DNA of 64,000 bases, from the IMG/VR virus record IMGVR_UViG_3300049217_000071, positions 124,001 through 188,000 of that record; one strand, 5' to 3'. The number at the start of each line of letters is the position of its first letter. Position 1 is the first letter of the stretch. The position numbers and the translations under genes were made by a program. This document shows, in pieces, positions 55,902 through 64,000 of this stretch. A model generated the notes under the pieces. That model saw nothing but the letters and a program-made list of their open reading frames with translations, was not told the origin of the DNA and did no database searches.

Positions 55902-57706
55902 AGACATTAGTAATTGTGGAGTCCCCAGCTAAGGCTGGCAAGATTCAAGGATTTCTTGGCAAAGATTATACGGTAATGGCCAGTGTGGGCCATATTGCCG
56001 ACTTAGCTAAAGGTGGTCGATTCGGTCTAGGCATTGATATTGAGAATGACTTCAAGCCACACTATGTTTTGATGGAAGACAAGATTGCCATTGTAGATGA
56101 TCTTCTCAAGGCGGCTAAAAAGGTAGATCGTATTCTAATTGCAAGCGACCCTGATCGTGAGGGCGAGGCTATCGCCTGGCATTTGTCCAAACGATTAGAA
56201 GATACGGGCAAGCCAATCAAGAGGGTGGTTTTCGGAGAAATCAAGAAGTCAGTGGTTCAGAAGGCTATTCAGAACCCACGAGATGTGGATCTCAACCTCT
56301 TTCATTCCCAAGAAGCTCGTCGTTTGTTAGATCGTTTGGTAGGCTTTATGGCCTCTCCGTTTCTAATGAACTGTATCGGCCCCAAACTATCAGCCGGCCG
56401 TGTGCAATCGGTGGTGACTCGTATGGTCATTGACCGCGAACGAGAGATTGAGGTTTTCGTTCCAGAAGAGTTTTGGACTATTCAGGTCAGTTTGACCAAG
56501 GATAGCAAGCAAGGCTTTATGACCAAGTATTCGGGCCGTCCTGTGGATGCTACCAGTGCCGAGGCTATGCGAGCTAAATTGGCCGCTCCTGGCGCTGAAT
56601 ACATTATCTCCGAGGTCAACTCCGACCCAGAGAGCAAGTACCCTCAGGCCCCGCTGGTAACTTCTACACTTCAGCGCATTATGTCCAAGGAACACGGAAT
56701 GAGCGCTGATCAGACGATGAAGGCAGCTCAGGGTTTGTATGAAGCTGGTTATTGCACTTACATCAGAACAGACTCCGTTCGAGTAGGTGAAGAAGCTTTG
56801 GTGGAAGTTCGTCAATGGCTAACCGATAACAAGTATCAGCTTCCTAAGAAGGCCCTGACTTACAAGAACAAAGATGCGGCTCAGGATGCTCACGAATGTA
56901 TTCGTCCTTCTGATCTATCTCTCCTCCCTGGTAGCAATTACGCTATCATTGATCCCAATGAGAAATTGGTCTATGAGACCATTTGGAAGCATTTCGTAGC
57001 CAGCCAGATGTTGCCGGCCGTTTACGATACACTAAGGATTACCGCGCATGTCAAAGGTGATAAATCAGCCGAAGTCAAGGCTTCGGGTAAAGCTCTCAAG
57101 AGCAAAGGCTTCTTGGAAATCTTGGGCGTTTCTGACGAAAGCAAAATTGAAATTCCATCAGAGCTTGTTATGGGAGACATTTTGCTTCCTTTCGGAAGAT
57201 CTCCTGTTAGAATGGAAAAGAAACAAACTCAGCCGCCACCCCGATATTCGGAAGACAAACTCATCAAAGAACTAGATGCTAGGAACATTGGCCGTCCAGC
57301 CACTTATGCTGAATTGCTGAGTAAGATTACTCTCCGCAATTATGTGGAAAAGAGAGGTAGTGTCTTCCACGCCACTGATTTGGGTAAGAAGATTACTGAT
57401 GAACTTTTGCAGTTCTTTACCTTTATGGATTATGATTACACCGCCAAGATGGAAAAGCAACTCGATGAAATCGAGGGTGGTAAAGTAAATCACGTGGATA
57501 TGCTGAAAAAGTTTTATCCAGATTTCAAGAAGGAAATCGACAAGGCATATCTACAACACGGTGCTACGATGTGCTCAAAATGCGGAAGCCCAATGTCAGT
57601 TCGCACTACCAAAGGTGGCGATAAGTTTCTCGGATGCTCCGCCTATCCTAAGTGCAAAAGCACCATCAATCTCGGATCCTCACCCGCTACAGCTCACGTT
57701 GCCTAA
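55898..57706 (+). CDS. topA: type IA DNA topoisomerase
   Basis: LVIVESPAK, ASDPDREGE, SAGRVQS, CTYIRTD (catalytic Tyr), GRPATYA, C-terminal Zn ribbon. Confidence 0.96.
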   Translation: MKTLVIVESPAKAGKIQGFLGKDYTVMASVGHIADLAKGGRFGLGIDIENDFKPHYVLMEDKIAIVDDLLKAAKKVDRILIASDPDREGEAIAWHLSKRLEDTGKPIKRVVFGEIKKSVVQKAIQNPRDVDLNLFHSQEARRLLDRLVGFMASPFLMNCIGPKLSAGRVQSVVTRMVIDREREIEVFVPEEFWTIQVSLTKDSKQGFMTKYSGRPVDATSAEAMRAKLAAPGAEYIISEVNSDPESKYPQAPLVTSTLQRIMSKEHGMSADQTMKAAQGLYEAGYCTYIRTDSVRVGEEALVEVRQWLTDNKYQLPKKALTYKNKDAAQDAHECIRPSDLSLLPGSNYAIIDPNEKLVYETIWKHFVASQMLPAVYDTLRITAHVKGDKSAEVKASGKALKSKGFLEILGVSDESKIEIPSELVMGDILLPFGRSPVRMEKKQTQPPPRYSEDKLIKELDARNIGRPATYAELLSKITLRNYVEKRGSVFHATDLGKKITDELLQFFTFMDYDYTAKMEKQLDEIEGGKVNHVDMLKKFYPDFKKEIDKAYLQHGATMCSKCGSPMSVRTTKGGDKFLGCSAYPKCKSTINLGSSPATAHVA

Positions 57707-57729
57707 TTGAAAGAACGAGTTATTATCGC

Positions 57730-59043
57730 ATGAAAACCAGTTCCGCCCCGCAAAAGTATCTGGCTCCCCAGGATTTGGAGAACCAAGAGAACTTGTCTTT
57801 GCAGCGACTAAAGAGCCTAGTTCCGGCCCTTTCCGATAACGATGTTGATGATCGCCCTTGCGCCAATTTCATTGATCTAATGAATTGGGTATCCGCTAAT
57901 TTTAGCGCGTATCTTACTGACACTACTAACCTGAGTAAGTTTGTTCATAATCGTGTTATTGTGGATGGGCAGTTTCTAGAGTTTTGTGAAGAGAATAAAG
58001 TCAGCATAGACTGTCTTTACAGAGATTCCATCGTTTCTTGGAAGACCGATAACGATTTTGAGAAGTTCTTTGCTCAAGGCGTTTTCCTCATCAAGACCAA
58101 AGGTGTTGAGTTTCTTCACGCCGCTTTGTTCCACAAGGGCAATCAGAACGAAGATGAAATCAGTTTTTTCATTGTGTGTTCAGAAAACAATTATGAAGGC
58201 TACCGCAAACTGCGTAATGAGTTTGACGAGTGGGTGCAAGAAAGAGATCGTAGCAATCTTCACATTCGTGTGGTAGAAGGCGAAGACCTTCCTTATACCA
58301 AAGATAGCACCTGGGAAGAGTTGTTTCTTCCCAAGGACATCAAGTCCGAAATCAAGGGCTTGGTAGAAAACTTCCTATCTTCTAAGGATTTCTACTTGGA
58401 AAACCGCATTCCTTGGAAGCGCGGTATTTTGTTATATGGCAAGCCGGGCAACGGTAAGACCTCCATTATCCGCACCATTATGTCGGCTTACAACTTCAAG
58501 CCCGTCACCATCGTAGCTGGTGCCAACGATGAGGCTGTGCGAGAGGCTTTTACTTATGCGGAAGATCAAAGCCCTGCCCTACTTTACTTTGAGGATTTGG
58601 ATTCTCTTTTAGAGAAGAGTGTAGATATCTCTTCCTTCCTCAATTTGATGGACGGTATCTCGGCTAAAAATGGATTGTTGGTTATTGCTACTGCCAATGA
58701 TGTCAAAAAGCTAAAAACCAATATTACGGAGAGGCCCTCTCGATTTGACAGAAAATTTGAGATTCCTCCTCCAAATGCAGAAATGGCTTATATATATCTA
58801 AAGAGATGGTTTGGTAATCTCATCACCCTCAAGAAGTGTCGAGAACTTGCCAAATATGCTTCTAAATACGAATTTTCTTATGCTTATCTGAAAGAACTGT
58901 ATATTTCTGCTATGTTTGAGGCTTTGGCTCATAACCGTAAGGCTCCCACGGAAAAGGATGTACAGCACGCTCTCAACCGACTAGTCAAGGATAAAAACCT
59001 CTTGAATGGCGGCACGGTCAATATGGACAAGTATTTCAAGTGA
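57730..59043 (+). CDS. AAA+ ATPase
   Basis: GKPGNGKT, YFEDLD, ATAND, RPSRFDRK. Confidence 0.88.
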   Translation: MKTSSAPQKYLAPQDLENQENLSLQRLKSLVPALSDNDVDDRPCANFIDLMNWVSANFSAYLTDTTNLSKFVHNRVIVDGQFLEFCEENKVSIDCLYRDSIVSWKTDNDFEKFFAQGVFLIKTKGVEFLHAALFHKGNQNEDEISFFIVCSENNYEGYRKLRNEFDEWVQERDRSNLHIRVVEGEDLPYTKDSTWEELFLPKDIKSEIKGLVENFLSSKDFYLENRIPWKRGILLYGKPGNGKTSIIRTIMSAYNFKPVTIVAGANDEAVREAFTYAEDQSPALLYFEDLDSLLEKSVDISSFLNLMDGISAKNGLLVIATANDVKKLKTNITERPSRFDRKFEIPPPNAEMAYIYLKRWFGNLITLKKCRELAKYASKYEFSYAYLKELYISAMFEALAHNRKAPTEKDVQHALNRLVKDKNLLNGGTVNMDKYFK

Positions 59044-59065
59044 AAGTGAAAATAGGTTTTTGATT

Positions 59066-59428
59066 ATGAAAGATCAGAATAAAAGAAACAGAAGAAACTT
59101 CAAAAAGGCGCCGAGAGGGGGTGATACTACAGCCGCAGTTTCCGATCCGTTTGCACGTCATGAACCAGTGCAAGCGCAACCACTAGAAGTCAAGGTGTAT
59201 GGAAACAATTTCGATAAAGCTCTCCGAGCTTTTCGAGACCTCGTACAGAAGGAACGCATTCTTTCTGTCTATAAAGAGAAGAAATCGTATGAGAAGCCAT
59301 CTGACAAACGCAGGAGAAAGCGCAACGAATCTAAGAGAAAACTAATGGAACTGTGCAGTAAGGGTGAATGTATTCACTCTGAACACAAAGGCCGCCAGTC
59401 CCAAAGGAAAAATTCTAGACATCAGTGA
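59066..59428 (+). CDS. rpsU: ribosomal protein bS21 homologue with N- and C-terminal extensions
   Basis: VKVYGNNFDKALRAFRDLVQKERIL...YEKPSDKRRRK. Confidence 0.85.
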   Translation: MKDQNKRNRRNFKKAPRGGDTTAAVSDPFARHEPVQAQPLEVKVYGNNFDKALRAFRDLVQKERILSVYKEKKSYEKPSDKRRRKRNESKRKLMELCSKGECIHSEHKGRQSQRKNSRHQ

Positions 59429-59458
59429 AATGCTTTCTCGTAATGAACGGGAAACAAT

Positions 59459-60226
59459 ATGTCTGACACTAATGGAAAAGTAAAAACGTACAAGAACCCT
59501 GATAGAGCGCAAGGCGAGAAGTATAAGCCATACGTTCCACAATATCAGGTTCACGGTAAAGAACCAGAGGAGTATCACGGGGCAGTAGTGCCAGGTGGTA
59601 TTGCTCTGGCTAAACCTAGCTCTGATAATCCAAGAGCTAAGAGACCTGGCATTCGACAGCCTTACGCTGTAGAAAGCACTTCTCCAATAGGCAGGGGCCG
59701 AGGCCCTGTTCCTAATGTCGGAAACAATATGGAACACACTTGGTCAAATGTTGATGGTGATGTTATCGACGATTTGTCAGGAGTAGCCATAGACCCTAAT
59801 CAGGAGATGATTGACAACAATGATTTCGTTACTGACGAGGCTTTAGGTATTCAGACACCTATGGTTTGGCAAAATGGTCCTACGGCCGATGATGTTCAGG
59901 CCGCCCCGGAGAGGGGTAAAGTCACCATTGAAATGCCTCCTGTTGCTGTTCGAGCAGAGTTGGCGAAGAAAATGGATACAGATCAGCGATCTAATCCCGT
60001 GTCACCTGACGAAATCCTGTATATTCTCAAGGACTTAGCTGAGGAATCCTATCTGCTTATGGTAGAAGGAACCCCTGTTTGTTCTGGTCCTATGGAAGAA
60101 ATTCAGGACCAAGCCCGCGCTATGGTCTTTGGAGAACACGAAATCTGTGATGGAAATCCTGTCTCACCCGATGATATAGTTATTCTCAAGAGGGTCAAAG
60201 TAAAAGTTGGCCTGTTCTTAGAATAA
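59459..60226 (+). CDS. hypothetical protein
   Basis: 255-aa ORF. Confidence 0.75.
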   Translation: MSDTNGKVKTYKNPDRAQGEKYKPYVPQYQVHGKEPEEYHGAVVPGGIALAKPSSDNPRAKRPGIRQPYAVESTSPIGRGRGPVPNVGNNMEHTWSNVDGDVIDDLSGVAIDPNQEMIDNNDFVTDEALGIQTPMVWQNGPTADDVQAAPERGKVTIEMPPVAVRAELAKKMDTDQRSNPVSPDEILYILKDLAEESYLLMVEGTPVCSGPMEEIQDQARAMVFGEHEICDGNPVSPDDIVILKRVKVKVGLFLE

Positions 60227-60233
60227 GGGTATT

Positions 60234-61073
60234 ATGACACAGGAACCGAGAAAAGCAACAGATGTTCTTATAGAGATGGAATCTAATGTCCGCCAGTTAT
60301 TGGACATAGTTCGTGCTCAAGACTTGAACATCAAGGTATTATCGAACAAGCTGAATGAATTGCTGGGGCGTCTAGATAGGCAAGATGCAGTTCGTCCCAA
60401 GATTACTGTGGAAGCTATTCAGAATGTTCCTCTTCCGGCCGTCAATTTTCCGCCAGCTTTTCCACAGATGCCGGCCGGAGAACCAGAACGCACTATTCCT
60501 GTGACGGCTGAAAACCGATTACCACAAGAAAATAATCCTCAAGGCTTCCGACGCACTTCTCGTCCTGAGACTTTTTCACCAGAAAAAGAAATCAAGATGC
60601 CGATCCAAATGCCTAAGATGCCGGCCCCTCCACCTAACCCTAATGCCATGAGGCCACCTCCAGGACGTTCTGCTCCCGAATCAACGGCCATGATGCCGCC
60701 TGGTGCCGTCACTAATCGTGGTCAGCAATTACCTCCAATGCAATCTCCGCCTATGCCAACCGAGGTGAGCCAGCCGCCTTCCACAACCCCCAATCACGAT
60801 CAGGTGCCCACCCAACAACGTTGTGTAGATAAGAATGGCAAGTCTATCTTCTTAGCAGATGTGCAGATTACCGATATGATTACGGGTCAGCCTTATTTCA
60901 AGACTCGAACCAATGGCACGGGTAAATGGATGGCTTCTTTGCCGGTGGGAGAATATCGAGTGCTTATTAGAAAGCAAGGCTCCTCTCTCAAAGATAAGGT
61001 TGAGGCTATCCAAGATGTTCATGTAGATGGTAGCAAGAGTCCATTAGAATTGCCAATGTTGATTATCAAGTGA
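60234..61073 (+). CDS. hypothetical Pro-rich protein with C-terminal beta domain
   Basis: N-terminal coiled coil, Pro-rich linker, TRTNGTGKW. Confidence 0.7.
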   Translation: MTQEPRKATDVLIEMESNVRQLLDIVRAQDLNIKVLSNKLNELLGRLDRQDAVRPKITVEAIQNVPLPAVNFPPAFPQMPAGEPERTIPVTAENRLPQENNPQGFRRTSRPETFSPEKEIKMPIQMPKMPAPPPNPNAMRPPPGRSAPESTAMMPPGAVTNRGQQLPPMQSPPMPTEVSQPPSTTPNHDQVPTQQRCVDKNGKSIFLADVQITDMITGQPYFKTRTNGTGKWMASLPVGEYRVLIRKQGSSLKDKVEAIQDVHVDGSKSPLELPMLIIK

Positions 61074-61080
61074 GGAAATT

Positions 61081-61428
61081 ATGGGCAGCAAGAAAGATCT
61101 GTTTAGATTTGATGTTACGCTCAAAGACTTGCTAAATCTTCGTTCCCGCGCCCTAGACATCCCCCGGTTAGCCGCGGTCTTTACCCTACTCAAAACGTTC
61201 TGGTATAAACTATCATACAAGGCCTCGGAGGCAAAACGTTGGAACAGAATTAGGGTTGGCTCTATCGAAGTCTTTCTAGATGAAGATGACCATTTACATC
61301 TGGATTTTATCACTAGGTTCAATTGGACAAACGCCAAACCCTATCTAGAAGCTCTCGATATTATTTCCAAGTCTGAGTCAATGAAAGATATTCCTGACGA
61401 ACTGAAAGATTTCGATTTACCGTATTAG
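61081..61428 (+). CDS. hypothetical protein
   Basis: GAGGA RBS; ends in TAG in frame with next gene. Confidence 0.65.
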   Translation: MGSKKDLFRFDVTLKDLLNLRSRALDIPRLAAVFTLLKTFWYKLSYKASEAKRWNRIRVGSIEVFLDEDDHLHLDFITRFNWTNAKPYLEALDIISKSESMKDIPDELKDFDLPY

Positions 61429-61443
61429 AACATAGGTGTTGAG

Positions 61444-62040
61444 ATGAGTAAGAAGTTTCAAGTCATCGTGGCTGATCCTCCGTGGAGCTTCAGTGATTCT
61501 CTGAAGATGTCCGCCGTTAAGCGTGGGGCCAAGTCCCAGTACAGCACTATGACAACTTCTAAGATTGCCGAGATGCCCGTGCAGGCCTCTTGCCATCCTG
61601 ACGGGGCAGTCTTATGTTTGTGGGTGCCAGGCAGCCTTTTGCAAGAGGGTCTGGACGTGATGAAGGCTTGGGGTTTCAATCACAAGCAGACTTATGTGTG
61701 GGTCAAAACCAAAAAGCGAGCTTGTGATTATCCATTACATGAGTGTTTGTCTTTTGGAATGGGCCATACTTTCCGTCAGACACACGAAATCTGTTTGATA
61801 GGTACCAATGGTAAAATCAATAAGCAGTTGAAGAACAAATCGCAACGTTCGGTCAGCTTTGCTGAAAACCTAAGGCATTCATCCAAACCTGATCACTTGC
61901 AAAAATCTTTGGAAACTATGTTTCCTAAAGCTCGTAAACTAGAATTGTTTGCCAGGCGCATCCGTCCTGGTTGGACTTGTCTGGGGAACGAGATATGCAA
62001 CGGAGAGGATATTTACGTATCTCTTTCCAAACTAACATAA
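61444..62040 (+). CDS. MT-A70 family N6-adenine methyltransferase
   Basis: IVADPPW, LCLWV, AWGF, YVWVK, HSSKP, LELFAR. Confidence 0.9.
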   Translation: MSKKFQVIVADPPWSFSDSLKMSAVKRGAKSQYSTMTTSKIAEMPVQASCHPDGAVLCLWVPGSLLQEGLDVMKAWGFNHKQTYVWVKTKKRACDYPLHECLSFGMGHTFRQTHEICLIGTNGKINKQLKNKSQRSVSFAENLRHSSKPDHLQKSLETMFPKARKLELFARRIRPGWTCLGNEICNGEDIYVSLSKLT

Positions 62041-62152
62041 CGGAGGCTCATGTAGATTATCATGTCAAAGAAAACATGATAAATTCGTTTCATTCTATCA
62101 TTAGTTTAGCATATATTTCATACACTTACGTTTCGGAGGTTCAACAGTTCAT

Positions 62153-62881
62153 ATGAGCGGTTCGGATAAGTTACGACAGACGATTACAGATAACAAGATT
62201 GGTAACGCAAAGGCTCAGAAAGTAGAAAAGGAAGTAGTTGCTGCTACGCGAAAAGCTGTAAAGAAAATGCAAGCTACACATTCAGATTATACGTTTCTTT
62301 GGGAAGAAGAGCTGAAGAAATTTGATATACACGCCCATTTGAGAGATCAGTTTTCTGATCCGGCAGTCGGATCAAATTTGACTGTGAATGAGAGTGGAAT
62401 CAAGCCAGATGGAGGTTTTCTTTTTCTAGTTGCGCCGGGCAAGCGTAAGTTCCTGTTAGGTGCTGTGGAAGCTAAAAAGCAAGGAACTAACGACGTGAGA
62501 GCGGAAGAGGGGAAAGATAAACAAGCACGCGGAAATGCTATTGAAAGAACTTGCAAGAATTATGTTGAGATCGCAAACGCTTTCCTAGGTGAGGATATCT
62601 TCTCCTATCTCATTTTCATGAGAGGCTGTGATCTAGAGGACCTTGACTCCTCTATTAGAGACAGGGTAACCAACATGAATCTAGGGTGCCCATTCAATGA
62701 GCTATATGTAGATAAAATTGCAGACAAGATGGGAAAATTACATCCAAGGGCGAGTTTGTTTGTGGGAATTACTGACGTTGAGGCTATGTCAGAAAAGATA
62801 TTCGAAATGTTAGAAGCCTCCATGAAATATTACTTAAACAAGTATGCGGGAGAGTTTAATGACGCTACTCAACGAAAATGA
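62153..62881 (+). CDS. EcoRI-family type II restriction endonuclease
   Basis: IKPDGG, VEAKKQG, GNAIER match the EcoRI PD...EAK and GNAIER motifs. Confidence 0.85.
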   Translation: MSGSDKLRQTITDNKIGNAKAQKVEKEVVAATRKAVKKMQATHSDYTFLWEEELKKFDIHAHLRDQFSDPAVGSNLTVNESGIKPDGGFLFLVAPGKRKFLLGAVEAKKQGTNDVRAEEGKDKQARGNAIERTCKNYVEIANAFLGEDIFSYLIFMRGCDLEDLDSSIRDRVTNMNLGCPFNELYVDKIADKMGKLHPRASLFVGITDVEAMSEKIFEMLEASMKYYLNKYAGEFNDATQRK

Positions 62882-63965
62882 GAATTATCTATCAGAGCAA
62901 CTCATTACCTACATCGGCAATAAAAGAAAGCTGCTCAATTTTATTGAGACTGCCGTTCTCAAAGTCAAAGAAGATTTAGGAAAGGATAAACTGTCTCTAT
63001 TAGACGGTCTGGCTGGCTCAGGAGTTGTTAGTCGAGCCTTTAAGAAGCACGCTTCAATTCTTTACTCGAACGACTTAGAGTATTACTCATATATAATTGG
63101 ACAGTGCTATCTAACCAATGAATCAGATGTTCCACTCAAAGAATTGGGCACTCATATCGAACATTTAGAGAAAATAAAACTTCAGAATCGTAAAGGCATC
63201 ATGCGGAAGTTGTATTCTCCGCAAAACGACCAAGACATCAAAAAAGGGGAAAGAACTTTTTTCACTAATCGGAATGCCAAAATCATAGATAACGCCATGC
63301 ACTATATACATAGTAGTGATGTATCTGATAAGGTTAGACCATTTCTTCTTGCGCCGCTTCTATCAGAAGTCTCCATTCATGCTAATACCTCTGGTGTATT
63401 CAAAGGTTTTTACAAGAACTCTAAAACAGGCATAGGTCAATTTGGCGGTGATGGACAAAATGCACTCCAAAGAATACTGGGCGATATTGAAATCAAGAGC
63501 CCCGTTTTTAGTAATTTTTCGTGCCATTGTGAAATGTATAATCAGGATATAAATATTCTGGTTAAAAGTCTACCAGAAGTAGATTTGGCATATTATGATC
63601 CGCCATACAACCAACACCCATATGGTTCAAACTATTTCATGCTCAATATCGTAGCTAAAAATGAAGAACCACAAGAGGTGAGTGAAGTGTCTGGCATTCC
63701 TACTAATTGGAATAAATCAGCCTACAACAAAAGGAAAGAGGCTGAGATTTTTCTTGACGATCTTATCAAGAACACTAATGCTAAGTATGTTGCCCTGTCA
63801 TATAATGATGAGGGAATAATTCCAATTGACAAGATTAAAGACATACTATCTAATTATGGTACAACCTCTCTATTAGAGAAAGATTATAATACCTTTAGGG
63901 GTAGTAGAAATTTAAATGATAGAGACCTCAAAGTAAAAGAGATTCTCTTTTTACTTAAAAAGTAA
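62859..63965 (+). CDS. N6-adenine DNA methyltransferase (D12/Dam-like class)
   Basis: YIGNKRKL, DGLAGSGVVS, YYDPPYNQHPYGSNY, LSYNDEG. Confidence 0.92.
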   Translation: MTLLNENENYLSEQLITYIGNKRKLLNFIETAVLKVKEDLGKDKLSLLDGLAGSGVVSRAFKKHASILYSNDLEYYSYIIGQCYLTNESDVPLKELGTHIEHLEKIKLQNRKGIMRKLYSPQNDQDIKKGERTFFTNRNAKIIDNAMHYIHSSDVSDKVRPFLLAPLLSEVSIHANTSGVFKGFYKNSKTGIGQFGGDGQNALQRILGDIEIKSPVFSNFSCHCEMYNQDINILVKSLPEVDLAYYDPPYNQHPYGSNYFMLNIVAKNEEPQEVSEVSGIPTNWNKSAYNKRKEAEIFLDDLIKNTNAKYVALSYNDEGIIPIDKIKDILSNYGTTSLLEKDYNTFRGSRNLNDRDLKVKEILFLLKK

Positions 63966-64000
63966 TGGAAAGGTAAAATGAATATTGTAGAAGATAAAGA

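Noticed and set aside
62050-62079. GGAGG-ctc-ATG-TAG start-stop element
   Set aside because: RBS spacing is only 3 nt and readthrough gives just 9 codons before TGA, with no link to a downstream gene.
1-64000. CRISPR array
   Set aside because: No regularly spaced direct repeats or cas genes seen.
1-64000. Genome-wide TAG reassignment (code 15)
   Set aside because: Long conserved genes are intact under code 11 and coding density is already high; only the PTH2 gene clearly needs readthrough in this window.

Overview
Densely packed, mostly plus-strand 64-kb segment that reads as part of a very large (jumbo/huge) bacteriophage genome. This is an inference: no terminase, portal or capsid gene lies in the window. 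The evidence is many short unknown ORFs, T4-like PNK and RNA ligase genes, six free-standing homing endonucleases, a tRNA/tmRNA cluster, and single host-like genes outside their normal operons (purA, iscA x2, iscU, nadA, infC, rpsU, dksA, clpP x2, ftsK, topA). Modules: (1) 1-20 kb, RNA/nucleotide repair and anti-defence genes (RlaP-type nucleotidyltransferase, DEDDh exonuclease, two PNK/phosphatases, three RNA ligases, metallophosphoesterase, macro domain, Tad2-like); (2) 21-30 kb, a sugar-nucleotide/glycosyltransferase island (gmd, fcl, C-methyltransferase, GTs), plus rmlA and an NRS/ER-like enzyme at 41.6-43.3 kb; (3) 31-41 kb, a translation-control island (Thg1-like, three tRNA-Thr, tmRNA, HD protein, PTH2-like hydrolase, two CUA-anticodon tRNAs, IF3, tRNA-Arg); (4) 45-62 kb, HU-like x2, DksA-like, an inactive plus an active ClpP, FtsK, TopA, AAA ATPase, bS21; (5) 61-64 kb, MT-A70 and an EcoRI-family REase/MTase pair. 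Most striking: the PTH2-like gene has an in-frame TAG at codon 4 (ATG AGT CTA TAG), 1.8 and 3.4 kb upstream of two amber-suppressor tRNA genes, in a genome that otherwise reads in code 11. This suggests an amber-readthrough switch controlling peptidyl-tRNA recycling. Also notable: a C-terminal motif shared by unrelated proteins, two recurring upstream DNA motifs, and strong TTAA avoidance that breaks down in the accessory islands. All family calls come from motif recognition by eye; no database searches were run.
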